Assembly: GCA_028023455.1 (NCBI GenBank)
Contig: JAQFVV010000003.1
Coordinates: forward strand, 24,304,001 to 24,368,000
Reading direction: 5' to 3'
DNA from: Epiperipatus broadwayi
Taxonomy: Eukaryota; Animalia; Onychophora
DNA length: 64,000 bases
The translations under genes and the position numbers were made by a program. The notes beneath the pieces are model-generated. The model was not told the DNA's origin and searched no databases. It saw nothing but the letters and a program-made list of their open reading frames with translations. The stretch's first letter is position 1, and each line of letters starts with the position of its first letter. Below, piece by piece: positions 1 to 13,539 of the stretch.

Positions 1-3000
1 AATAATATCTCTTCTCTTTCTTTATCTAACAAATATTAAATAATCAAATTTCTTGGCATTCTTAAGAAGTTCAAGTGTTAGTAGCAACAGAATTGGGTGC
101 AATTCATAGACTATGAGTTCCATAATCTGTCATTTTACCACTATATCAATCCATGTGGGGCATCATTAGTTATAAAATGTTTACAGATATCTTGTGAAGG
201 TTGAAGGTTTGGCCAAAACAGTTAGAAAGAGAAAATAAAATTGAAAAATTCAAAAAAAGAAATGATGTCACTATATGATGTGCAATCATGAGTACTGACT
301 TTCTTGCTATTCATCATGATTTTCAGGAAAAGACACAATATGTTGAATGGATTATTATAATATAAATAAGGTGCATGGGTTTTGTGATTATTTACAATGA
401 TCAAATAACCAATATTGATATGTTGCAATGTATTGCAGTAGCATTTAAAGAAATAAGTGAAGTCATAATGCAAAGTGGGTGGAAGAATTGGAATGTTGCT
501 TGGATATTTTTTCCCCACACAGACTAGCACAATGACAGATTTGGAAGTAATATATATTTTTCCCTACCAGAAGGCTGCATCATGATACTAATATATTTTT
601 TACACAATCTGTGCACCAGCAATCACCTGTCCAATTCATGGTCTCAATTTAACTTGGCAGACCCTAATCATTTAATTTGTATTATTTTCTTTTTATCTAA
701 AACCCAGAAGCAAACATTATTTATCTCAAAAAATCTATTTTTCAAACAATCTATTTGTTATTTATCATGGAATAGAACCATTTACTTGTTAAAATGATGG
801 TGGGAATCATTAGAATTTATGCTGTAAAATTATGTTAAAATAAAATACAATAAGAAATCAGCAAACCAACACTGATGATGATTGATTGTTTTTAATTAGT
901 TATAGTATTTTTACCTAGTTAATAAATATTTACTTTAATCAAAGAGTCTATCTTACATATATCAGAAAAATATGGAATTATTTGGATCTTTTGATGCTAT
1001 TGTTAATCATGTTTATTTTTGATATAACCTTGATCTTGTGTCAATTTGAGTGCAAGATTCTCAAAGATAGATAGATAGTTAGATGTACATATGTGTGGAA
1101 TTTTTCTTTCTTTTAATCATTCTGAGAAAAAAAGAAAATCTATTCATGGATTTCTGAAATTATGGGTAATAATTAAATTTTATATAATATATATGTTTAA
1201 CACATATACATGCTGCTACATCAAATAATAAACAAAAAAATAAAATAATGTGGCTCTAACAAATAAAACTAATAAATCAAGAGAGAGATCACATAACTTA
1301 TGGAGTACATGATAAGAGTACACCTGAGATAATGGCAGATTGAGAAATGATTTACAATTGTGCATGTACTTTGGAAAAGCTGTCACATACATGATATTTA
1401 TAAATTCAGATTTACAATTTTTTAAATATTTTTTTGAAACTCTCGCTAGTGAGTATTTTATATGTATAATATTTATACCAATTTCAAAGTTTTTAGCTTA
1501 TCAGAAAATTTAGTCATTTAATATATTAATATAATCCTATATGACAGATTAAACACAACATTTCTAATTATTTGACCAAGATGAGATATGTTTTATTTCC
1601 TTCAGATGAGAACTGTTCAGGAATCGTAAGTTTTCAAAAGAACTCAACAGATGGAGCATGATAACATACTCAAATAATATTCATTTTTCTACATGCACTG
1701 CACATGACTGTATCACTTTCAGAAAATGCCACACCAATATGTTTCCAAGATATCAATGGTGGTCATTAAATTTATTGTAAGCAATTGCAAAAACCAACAT
1801 TCATATTTTGCTTCAAAAATTTATGCAATACATAGTGCTTTTTTCTTCAGATTTGTGGCCATTAAAAGAAAAAATTAAAGTCAGTAATCAGGGGATACAC
1901 ATCATACTGCAACTATTATGTATTCAGAATAAATTGGGTTTCCCATTAAGATGAAACCTATCTAGTATTTTTACAATTTGTTATGTAATTTTTATTTTGT
2001 ATTAAAATTGTTTAGATAAATTTATGAATATGTTTTATAATTTCAAGAGATGAAAAACTCCTTAAGAATATACTTATTATCATTATATGCTTTACAAATC
2101 TTATTTATTCTATGAACTAAATTGCTTCGTATTCATATATAATACATTATTATTGTTTATCATACATGACTTGAGTCAATTATTGAAATTTAGGCTGTTA
2201 CAAAGTAATGTAGCACTTTGTTATTATAAAATCTATCAAAGTACATGTTTGAGTTGATAAAACTTGCAATTCACAGTTTAGAAGTGTTAATGGAAAAACG
2301 CTCAAGAACATTATAGTTATTTATTTAGGGAAAAAGAAAATTGAATAACAATGTATATAAAGTTGTTTTATTGATCTCAAATATGTCCTATAAAAGTTAA
2401 AAAATTTAGTATAATAAAAGATAAAATATATCTAGAGTTCATAATTTTAAATATGAAGATAAAAAATTGAAATATAATATTTTTTATTTTTAAAGATAAT
2501 TCCATGAAATGAAAAATTTATGTTTAAAAAATTGAAATGGTTTTGATATCAAACTTAAGTTCTTATAGTTTTAATATTGACTAAAATTGGAGTAAGTTGC
2601 ATAGGAATTTGGCTAATCCAATAAACAATTTAGACAACAAATATGAAATAGACAATAAAGTTTGTTTATTATAAACAAAAAAAAAAACATATATTAGTTA
2701 TTCAGTGCATATATACATAGTTAATTACTAAAATTGTAAATGATAAAACACTGTGAGATTATGAAATAATGATTTAATATTTAGTTTTAATTAGATTATA
2801 AGTTGAGAAACTGTTTAATATATGGTTGCAAACATTGGAAAGATGTAATATTTCACCATTTAGTAGTTGCATGCTAAATTCATGCAAGCTGTTTTCAGAA
2901 ATAAACTTAGTGATAAGAAAAATTCTATCCAAAAATTTAAGTGTCCATCAAAGAAGATGATCATTCTTCAATTGTTCTAATTATAGCCAATCCTTATGAG

Positions 3001-5513
3001 ATGTAGCCTGCTGAATTTTTTTAAGTATTTTCTCTAGTTGTTAGCCCTATCTGCCAAATTTCTATATAAAATGATGAAAGTGTAATAAAAGTTTAACTAT
3101 CAAAGAGAAGTAATCTCAGAGTAAGAAGAAATTATCAACTAAAAGATGGTGCTTAGGTAGAGAATATAATGTAGAGTGCACACATGAGTTTAAACTAATC
3201 TACAAAAGTAAAAAAAAAATGTATGCAAACTTCTAAAGTTCACTAGAATTCAAATTCTAAAAATAAGAGAATGTTTATATTTTTGTTTAACCCAGTTTAT
3301 ATATTTTTATTACTAATTTTAATTATGTCAAAAATATTTATTTATTAATTTCTATATTTCATTGTTTAACATTTAGTGTCTCATGGTTTTGTTTTCTTTT
3401 TTTGGAAATATGCTTTTGTATTTTATAGGCTCAAATTTTTATGCCTAATCTGCTTCATTATTTACTTATATACATTTACAAATGTTATGTCAATGTAGAC
3501 TGTTTTTTTTTACCACACATAAAAAGTCTAATGTATATTTTAGACTGTTGTCTGTCATAGTAGAAATGAAAATACAATTTAAAAATTATTATCTTAAAAT
3601 TGAAATGAACAATAAGATTATTAATTACTTGATATAAAATATTCATTCTGTACCATGTTCAAAATTTAATTTTTTAAATCATTTGTTAATAGTTAAAGCT
3701 TTCAGTTTTTTTTTTTTAATTCTCAATTCTATACACTATTGAAGTTATATAATATTATGCAATGAGTGTGTGATAATCAGATATTAAATTTTGAATTTCA
3801 AGTTGGCATATGATAATACGTTTATTAGATATAAAGTTAGTATTAAGGGAAAAAGCAATTCAAATTACACAAATTAATTATTGGTAATTATAGTTGTGTA
3901 ATCTATATTAGAGATGGTGCTTGGTGGTATCATCCATCATAAATGTCAGATATCCTCATTGCATTATCTTAAGGATAACTGATAGAGAGATGGTTTAATA
4001 ATTTAGCTTTTCCAAAGTGTATAATTGGAGGATTATGTATTTTCTGTTTAAGCATAAGCAACTCTAGCTAATGTCACTTAAATAAATGTCTATAAATTAT
4101 TATTATTTATGATTCCATATAATTTAACTGCTTCGGAAGTGTATCTTATCAAATGACTTAAAAAGAAAACAGTCTTATACATATCATATTTTAATTCCAA
4201 TATCCCTTTTTTACAGAATAATTTATATATTTCTTTATGAGTCATCTGTGCATTCTGTTTCTGCTACATTTGGCAGCCTAAGTGAGGTATGATTACCATG
4301 AGTCATCCATGAACTATGCAATAGGTGTATCATCCCATAATTCTGCTAATGTTTCAACCATATTCTGAAGTCTTTTCAAAAGTCATATATGTAAATTTAG
4401 CCCAGCATGTTTTGATACAGTGGTCTTAGGTCCATGGATCAAACGCAGATCTATTATTTGTAGTTTCTCAAAACTTGATTATTTTTTGATAATTTATAAA
4501 TTATATATAGATTTATAAAATTATAAGTGTGTAATAAAAATTTCCTAAATATTTACAAATCTGCATATTTTTTATAATTTATGTTTCCAAAAGTGGACTC
4601 CATAATTAATTACATCAACAGTAGTAAAAGTAGAAAAAATAATTCAATCTTATAAATTTATATTCCTTGTTTCCCTTCATTTAATTATAACAGTGGTAAA
4701 TGTAAAAAGATAAAATGAATGTAAAAAAAAAAAAAAAAGAGGTAGGATTGAATAATTGTTGTTGTTAATTTGATCTATAGTAATTAATTGTGAAGCTCAT
4801 CTTTGTAAATATAAATGGGAATTGTAGATATTTAGGAAATTATTATTATTATTTATTTATAATTTTATAAATCTATATGTAATTAATAAATCTATTCATA
4901 GAAATAACTGGAAATACATCTTGAAAATGATTTATACAATAAACAGTTTCTAAAGAAAACAAGTAATAATAAGTATATCGATAAATTTTTATATATTAGA
5001 ATTAATGGGAGATTTTAAAAAAAGAAGTTAATTATTTAGTTAACCTTAAAATTATATAGCATACTGCTGTGTCCTATGACCAGCAAGTAAAAAATTGACA
5101 AAGGTAGAATTGAGATGATAAGCTTATAGTTTAATTTAAATAAATACGATTAATTTTACATACATTGTCTATAAGGCATAATAAAATAATAAAAGGTCGT
5201 GGTGACTTGCACATAATAACCCTAATCCTGCTTTTTGATTTACAGAGGCAGGAGTCTCTGATGTACATTAATTACTCAGAACAAATAAATTAGGCTCTGG
5301 TGGTTTATATATACCTCAAGACTTCTGGAGTATTTTAGATATCTTACCATATATAGTGTTTTCACATACATATAGTATTTATTACATTCCTCACCACTAT
5401 GATTAATAACATTGTTATTTAACAATCGTTATATTGTTACATTCTATGATTACAGTTATTCATATAATTGTTTACGTACTATTGTTATACATAATTACAG
5501 TACAAAGTTATTA

Positions 5514-5607
5514 TTTTTATTCTACATTTTCATTATACATTTATTATTGTACAACTTATCATTTTTATTCTACATTGTCATTATACATTTATAATTGTAC
5601 AACTTAC
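5514..5607. repeat. Two-copy 48-bp tandem repeat
   Basis: tttttattctacatt.tcattatacattta..attgtacaactta at 5514 and 5562. Confidence 0.8.
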
Positions 5608-5685
5608 ATATGTATACTTTGCTTGCCCTTGAACACTGCACATACTAATTAATTAGTGAATTAAGACTACTAATAATGGCATATA

Positions 5686-6630
5686 TTCAAACAGGCAAAA
5701 CTCTCTATACATATTGCCACTCAGTGCAAGCCAGAGTAATCAATGGATGCCAGAAGGCTTGTGCATAAAATTCCCATCTAGTGCCTGCTCATCCAATATC
5801 CCCAGACTAGTTTTTGTCTTGTGGCCTTCATCAGTGAGGAGCCTTGGATCTGAGAGCACTGCACCTAGATCTTAGGATCTAATGCAACCTTCCAGCACCC
5901 ACCTTTTATCTCAACTACAAAACTATGAGACTTAAATTGAAAACACTATAATATTTTCAATTCAAGCTCATCAGCTTATATAGTCATATAGGTCTGAACT
6001 CAGTTCAGTACCTATACATTTTGGTGTCTTTGGTTCTTTAATAACCATAGCCACCACTATCCTATTAGGCAGAATTGGTTTTAAGCCAATAAACATCACA
6101 TGATCACCATTTCTTATGCTTGCTATTAACTATTATTCAAACAGGCAAAACTCTCTATACGTATTGCCACTCAATGCAAGCCAGAGTAATCAATAGATGC
6201 CAGTAAGGCTTGTGCATAAAATCTCCATCTAGTGCCTACACATCCAATATCATCAGAGTAGTTTCTGGCTTGTGATATAAGCTGATGAGTTTGGATTGAA
6301 AATATTATAGTGTTTTCAATTTAAGTCTCATAGTTTTGTAGTTAAATAGAGATAAAAGGTATTTGCTGGAGGGTTGCATTAGGTCCTAAGATCTAGGTGC
6401 AGTGCTCTCAGATCCAAGGCTCCTCAATGATGAAGGCCACAAGCCAGAAACTAATCTGGAGATATTGGATGAATATGCACTAGATGGTGATTTTATGCAC
6501 AAGCCTTCTGGCATCCATTGATTACTCTGGCTTGCACTGAGTGGCAATACGTATAGAGAGTTTTGCCTGTTTGAATAATAGTTAATAGCAAGCATAAGAA
6601 ATGGTGGTCATGTGATGATTATTGGCTTAA
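5686..6630 (-). mobile_element. Retrozyme-like family B, locus 1: 450-bp monomer (5686-6135) + partial tandem copy (6136-6274) + inverted segment (6275-6630)
   Basis: Period 450 (ttcaaacaggc at 5686 and 6136); reverse-complement arm; degenerate TSD AATGGCATATA (5675-85) / ATTGTCATATA (6630-40); decayed hammerheads at 5791-5849(-) and 6412-6470(+). Confidence 0.85.
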
Positions 6631-9556
6631 TTGTCATATACTAAACAATAAAAGAATGAGTATAACTTTATTCTTCAGAAATGGTAGTCAATATTCTCAA
6701 ACAAGATGACAATGTACTTATAGTGGTAATAAATATATCTTGTATTTCTAGGCATTATAATTAGAGATAAAACTGAAGCTTTTAAAATAAGGAATTTGAG
6801 ATATTTTGTTTGATCATTTTTTTCGAATGTGAGAGCTTATAATGTTAGCGTATTACGAGATATTTATTACAGCTTTAAATATTTAAATTAAAATTATTTC
6901 TACTTTATGAAGAATATCAAATATTTTTATATTTGGAAGGGGAGGGGATATTATGAGTAAAATTAATATTTTGTTTTGCTTTATTTATAGTTTACTTTGA
7001 ATTTTAAAAGCCTTTTGTATTGTTTTCTGTTACAATAAAAATGCTTGTTTCTGTAATGTTTAGTTTTAAAAGCTATATTAGAGATTCTGTTAGCAGATAG
7101 AGTTATCAGTTGAATTTGATACTGTCGCTTCTTAAGACAGTGATGTCAGTTTAGGGAATATGGTTTCCAGATTTCAGAATAAGTGTTTTGATCAGCTGAT
7201 CAAGTGAAAGCACTAATTTATTAAACTAAAGTAATGATAGGAGGAATGTAAGATTTAAAAGATTATACATTAAAGACGTAAAGATAAACAGTGTGATTTA
7301 TAACGTGAAGATGGGAAAAGGGTTTAACCTTACGAGATCTAACTATAGGTTTATATAATCACACACAACCATAAATACATGTCTGAATATCAGTAACAAT
7401 TGTTTTAAATATATAACAGTTTGGAAGACTGCGTTTTTTATTAATTAGATTTTTGTAAATAATTGAATTGATTATTTAGCTTCATTTCTGCCCTTTACTA
7501 TGTTTTATGCGTGTAAAAAAATAAAACCTTTAAATAGTTTATTATAGAGCAAAACTGTCAGCATACTCCCATATGCAAAAATTAGAGAGAAGATATTATT
7601 CACCAATTGTTAGTAATATTTTTATATTTCTCTCTCTTTATCTTATAGCTACAGGACTAGTCTTATAAGTGAGGCAGATTGAAATAGCTGCTAAAATGAG
7701 GAGTATGTTAACAAAATAATTTTTATTAAATTAGTCGGTAAAATACCTAAATAAGAATTTTAAAAATGTAGGGATGTTTTTAATGTAGAGAAAACTCTCT
7801 GCTTTTTTATCAATCCTCTATACAAATTTTGTGTTCACTTAAAAAAATGTTCCTGGATTCTTTAATGAAGCAAGTATACATTAACAGAATTATACACTGA
7901 AATTTTTTTAATAAAGATTTGCAATCAACATCACTCAAGATTAATGAAGTGATCTAGCAATAATTTGTATAATAAAGATAATATCTGAAACAATAAATTA
8001 TAGAGATATTATCAAGATGCTATTTTCTGCAAAAAAAGCCTGAAAATGATTTCATGTATTATGATTTTTTTATTATATTTTAATTTATTCTGTTTTCATT
8101 TTTCTGTATTTTTTTTTTAATTCTATAATTTTTTTATTTACGACATTATTTTTTAATAAATATTTTTAATATATATCATTTTCTATAAACCATTTTAAAT
8201 AAATATTAATAAACTTTAATGAGCAGATTTTAAAGCTTATCTCGGTGTCAAAATTGGTGTGGTTCTTTAGTAGCCATGTAACCATTTGCTTATTAATAAT
8301 TGAATGGCTAGCTTAGGGTGTAATAATTGATAAATTTAAACAAATATTTCTAAAGTTCTTAAATAAATATAATTTAAATATGCACTATATATTTCTACTA
8401 CATTCTTAAAGCTCCTGCTTCAACATTTTTATTTCATTAGTCATAGATACATGATTAAAGCTCAGAATTGACCAAAACTTCCTTTATAAATATATAAAAT
8501 TAATTTAATATCAAATAGGGGTGACCTCAAAATTATTGGAAATAATAGTATTGATTCTATAAATTCAAATGCACAACATAAGAATTGACCATCTCATACA
8601 TTTTATTTAGACAGGAAAATTGATATAAAGGAACTTAAGTATCTTCAAGTTAGTCAATATTATATAAGCAATTATGTTTACAGATTGCTGAATAAATCAT
8701 AATTAAAATACTTCAAGGTTAAAATAATTATAGTAACATTAAAAAATAAGTCTTATTTCAAGCATATAGATTGAGAATCTGCTGTATATTCTTTGCAAGT
8801 TATTGTTATATGTTAAAATTCAATAGCTTAATAAATATTAAAATTGTAATTTTTCATAATTTATGTATCTTGTGGATGCAATTAATTTTGTTATTGGGTC
8901 ACTAAGAAGAAATTTTCTGATTGGATATTTCTGCCAATGGTTGTATCATTAATTAATTGAAAGGAAATATGTCATTCTCTTTTTGGCTGCACAATAAAAT
9001 TTTGGTGCTTTATAAAAAATATATGAATTTAAAGACAGAAGTTCAATAACTAGCAAAAAGACTTAAAAAAATATTTTTGTATTAAAACTGAAAAAAATAT
9101 AGTCACTTTATTATTGTGGTTGCTGTAGATTTTTTTTTTCTGAGGCATTGAAAATAACATCATATGGCCTGTAAAAATAAAATTGCACAATTTATTTAAA
9201 TATGATTATCATATTTTGAACAGATGGCCATTTTTTGAATAATAGTAAAAAATTCAGACTGATTGCTTTTAATGATATATTCATCCTATTGATTCTTGTA
9301 GATTTGGGTTGAGATATTCAACTTGGATAAGATCAAGAATTATTACTAAATATCAAGTTTGAATTAAAATTATTTAATTTTTTATAGTTTTTAATATGTG
9401 TAAATATTTTCTTTTGTATGTTTAATTTTGTTATGATAAAGTCCTTCATGTATAAACAGAGCAAAACTCTCCATATAGTATTGCCACCTGTGCTAAACAG
9501 AGTAATCAATGGATGCCAGAAGGCTTGTGCATAAAATCCCTATCCAATGCCTACTC

Positions 9557-9615
9557 ATCCAATATCCCCAGACTAGTTTCTGGCTTGTGGCCTTCGTCAG
9601 TGAGGAGCTTTGGAT
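9557..9615 (-). ncRNA. Type I hammerhead ribozyme (family B)
   Basis: The minus strand reads ATCCAA agc TCCTCA CTGACGA aGGCcacaaGCCa GAA ACTAGT C / TGGGGA ta TTGGAT. Confidence 0.85.
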
Positions 9616-10012
9616 CTGAGAGCACTGCATCTAGATCTTAGGATCTAATGCAATCCTCTAGCAACCACCTTTTATCTCCACTTAACTACAAAACTATGAG
9701 AATGAAATTGAAAACACAAAAAATATTTTCAATCTAAGCTCAATAGCTTATATAGTCATATGGGTCTGAACTCAGTTCAGCACCCATACATTTTGGTGTC
9801 TTTGGCTCTTTTACAACCATAGCCACCACTATCCTATTAGGCAGTATTGGTGTTAAACCATTAAGCATCACATGATCACATTTCCTATACTAGCACATTA
9901 ATTGTTGATAAACAGAGCAAAACTCTCCATACAGTATTGCCACTTGTGCTAAACAGAGTAATCAATGGATGCCAGAAGGCTTGTGCATAAAATTCCTATC
10001 CAATGCCTACTC

Positions 10013-10071
10013 ATCCAATATCCCCAGACTAGTTTCTGGCTTGTGGCCTTCGTCAGTGAGGAGCTTTGGAT
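10013..10071 (-). ncRNA. Type I hammerhead ribozyme (family B), second tandem copy
   Basis: Identical to 9557-9615, 456 bp downstream. Confidence 0.85.
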
Positions 10072-10456
10072 CTGAGAGCACTGCATCTAGATCTTAGGAT
10101 CTAATGCAACCCTCTAGCAACCACCTTTTATCTCCACTTAACTACAAAACTATGAGAATGAAATTGAAAACACAAAAAATATTTTCAATCTAAGCTCAAT
10201 AGCTTATATAGTCATATGGGTCTGAACTCAGTTAATAGGATAGTGGTGGCTATGGTTGTAAAAGAGCCAAAGACACCAAAATGTATGGGTGCTGAACTGA
10301 GTTCAGACCCATATGACTATATAAGCTATTGAGCTTAGATTGAAAATATTTTTTGTGTTTTCAATTTCATTCTCATAGTTTTGTAGTTAAGTGGAGATAA
10401 AAGGTGGTTGCTAGAGGGTTGCATTAGATACTAAGATCTAGATGCAGTGCTCTCAG

Positions 10457-10515
10457 ATCCAAAGCTCCTCACTGACGAAGGCCACAAGCCAGAAACTAGT
10501 CTGGGGATATTGGAT
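10457..10515 (+). ncRNA. Type I hammerhead ribozyme (family B), inverted copy
   Basis: CTGACGA 10472-78; stem II GGC/GCC; GAA 10492-94; palindromic stem III ACTAGT; predicted cleavage after C10501 (GUC). Stem I TCCTCA/TGGGGA is extended by ATCCAA/TTGGAT across an internal loop. Confidence 0.87.
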
Positions 10516-11672
10516 GAGTAGGCATTGGATAGGGATTTTATGCACAAGCCTTCTGGCATCCATTGATTACTCTGTTTAGCACAGGTGGCAATACTGTATG
10601 GAGAGTTTTGCTCTGTTTATCAACAATTAATGTGCTAGTATAGGAAATGTGAGCATGTGATCCTTCATGTATATTGTGAAAGTTACAGCTCTGAAGAAAA
10701 TTGTTGGACAGTCAAAATTAGTAACTATTTTTAAGAATTTGGAATAATAAATATCTTATTTGGATTTTATTTAGTGCATAGAATGTTAGTATTATTTGTT
10801 TATATTAATATTAAAACAGTTTTTTGTAATCTTAAAAAGTAATGGCTATTGGTCCCAGCAGGATATGCTAGTAATATTTTAGCTCCAAAACTATTACATT
10901 TTTTAATTAATAAACAAATGAAGATGTGACACTTAATTTTAAGGAAGCTTTTGTTGTTGTTGTTATACTTAATGAAAATAAATGTGATAAAAAGACCCTG
11001 GTAATAATCATGGAATATCATTGGCATTCAGTATAACAAAAGTGTTTTTAATGACTTATTTTAAAATATTCTATCAGAGAGACAATGAAATTTTAGAAAA
11101 TCAGTACTAATGATTTGTTTTGTTGCAAAGTGAGTGCAGGAAAAATATTACAAATAAAGATATGATTTACACTTAACTTTTATTGATTTGGTTAATATTG
11201 GAAATTTATTCATATTCTACAGCTGCTTTATGATGCCAAGAGAAAAAACATTATTATTGATAGGTGGAAAACTGCAGGCATTTGAAATGAAAACCAATGT
11301 TAAACAAGGATATGCACTAGCTTCGACTTGTTATTTTTATATCAATAGTCTTTGTGATAGGTTGGAGATAATTTTATAAAGTAGGTATCATGATTTATGT
11401 TACATATCCACCATAAAACATCATATTTTCAATTGAATAAAAAACAAAATAAGAATTTTATCTTTTTGTTTTTAGATTATCACTATTATTAATGAATATA
11501 ATATTCTTGTCAATATGCAAGATGATCTGTAGAATATTCTTAATGTTTTAAAAGCAACTTATAAATGGATTGATTTAAAGAAAAATTCAAATGTTTTTGA
11601 CAGCCACTGGAAGAGGAAAAATCTTCAACAATTTTTAGCTTGAATAATTTTCTGTTTAAGAATATGGAACAC

Positions 11673-11749
11673 CACATGACCTTCTGGCATCCATTGATTA
11701 CTCTAGCTTGCTGTGTGTGGCAATACGTATAGTGAGTTTTGCCTGTTTT
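11673..11749 (+). mobile_element. 5'-truncated family B copy (3' terminal ~70 nt) with a 12-bp TSD
   Basis: ccttctggcatccattgattactct...gagttttgcctgtttt matches the family B end; AATATGGAACAC at 11661-72 and 11750-61. Confidence 0.85.
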
Positions 11750-13539
11750 AATATGGAACACTTTTGTTAATTTTTTAGATAGAAGGATGGATTTAGAGTT
11801 TGATGTTCAGTATAGATTCCAGTGTGCTGATGCTGCATTTAACAATTTACAGAAGAGAATATTTCCAACACACTAAGATAGAGTAATTCAATTAGATACT
11901 CTTTTCAAAGCCTTTATCCAACCAAATTTATTTTATTGAGATGAAACTTGTGCTACTTATTAAAGTATTTTGCCATCATGGCAGAATCATAGTAATAATC
12001 AGAATCTTTAGATTGTTGGATATGATCTCACTGAAAATATAGGAATGCATAGTGAAAATGAAGTAGATGAACCATATCAGATCTTCTCAACTCTAACATA
12101 GTCTTTCAGGAGAAATGGACCCTTTTATAGTAAAAATATTTCATCATAAAGAAATAAAAATATCAATAACTTTCATTGTGAAAATATGAATGAGTATAGA
12201 ATATATTGGAAAGCTATGCTCAGGCATTGTGTTAAAACTTCATAAAAAGGACTGCATCTTAAGATATCAAAATTAGGAATAACATATAATATACAATGAA
12301 TGCTTAATCCATCATTTTTCAAGATAAATGTGTAAAAATGATAGAATATAAGACTATTAAAAACTATAGATAAGTAATTTTAATGATTATTCCCTGAAAT
12401 ACAGCATACATAAGGTATAATTTAACTATAAGCTATAAGTACAATCAGATATTCTAATTCAAAACTTTGCACTCTTAATTTGCAAAATATTGTATACATG
12501 TTATAAAATACAATATATATAACTTTAATATAATAATTGAATATGTTTAAAAATTGAACTTGATTTTAAATTATATATAATCATTATAATTTTTAAATAA
12601 ATAACTTTATTTAGTCATTAATTTATTATAAAAAAAAAGATGACATTTTTGTGACAAATTTTACTACTTCACATATATTAAAAAATGTTAAGACTAATAG
12701 GAAGTTGTATAAAAAAAAAGTAAAAGAAATAATTTTTCTGAACTATAGGAATTAAAAGACAGAAAAAAATATGATATTTATTACTTTTTTAAATAAAATA
12801 AAATTGTTTATTTTGAAAGAAAAAAAACTATTCATGCTTTAGTTTCGTGATTTCATTAATGGTAAATGCCAAAAAAAAAAAAAAAATGGTGGTTCAAAAA
12901 ATGATATTTGTTTGCATATTGAAAAGCTCATTTTTAACTTTTTTTTTTTTTGTTTCTAGAGTTTAAATGGCCATATATCTAATATTTAGAAGTCATGTGT
13001 TCTGTCAAAACAAATTTTTACAAGTGTTAGATTTATATATATATAATAAATGTAATCTTAGCTTTAAAATGTAATGTAATGAGTTGTTTTGCTCTATGGT
13101 TTAGTGAAGTGTTAAAATGGCACTATCTAGAGTTTAAGGTCCATGAATCATGACTCATTTCTATCACTTTTGAAATCCAAACTTATTATAAACTCATGAG
13201 TAAAAACACCATTTAATGATTTTATTAGTTGGATTATTTTTTTATATATATTTACAATTGTTAAATTGTATCCACACATAACCATGCTATAAATTTTTAG
13301 ACCCATAACACATTACTTTATTGAACCTTATTAATGATTGATGGAGGATTGGTAGGAGGAGGATGAATGTTTACAAAGTGTCACAATTTAATTCATGGAA
13401 TGCACCTTTATAAAATATGTTGAAGTGTGTGCTAGTGGCCCCTGTCACCTTAAAGGTAAACCCCTTGTACACCTATACACTGATTAAAATGGTAAAGCAC
13501 AACTAAAACTCATTTTTAGGAATATAGTTGAACAGTTAT

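Larger units (their letters stand above)
9455..10660 (-). mobile_element. Retrozyme-like family B, locus 2: 456-bp monomer x1.7 (9455-10233) + inverted segment (10234-10660), with a 13-bp TSD
   Basis: Near-identical copies with period 456; perfect TSD TCCTTCATGTATA at 9442-9454 and 10661-10673; three identical hammerhead cores. Confidence 0.92.

Noticed and set aside
1606-1625. Candidate 20-nt microexon (ttttatttccttcag / gtaagt)
   Set aside because: Splice signals are good, but no frame gives the phase-1 exit needed to join exon 29813 and there is no recognisable peptide. It could be chance; needs RNA-seq.
6276-6310. CTGATGA...GAAA as a second hammerhead in family B
   Set aside because: No stems I-III, and the younger locus reads CTATTGA here.
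6386-6595. ORF in family B (likewise 61933-62193 in family C and 45775-45999 in family A)
   Set aside because: Not preserved between repeat copies; the monomers appear non-coding.
9455-10660. Inverted arrays as assembly or amplification artefacts
   Set aside because: TSDs flank the composite blocks, the same architecture recurs at five loci, and the arms at older loci carry independent mutations.
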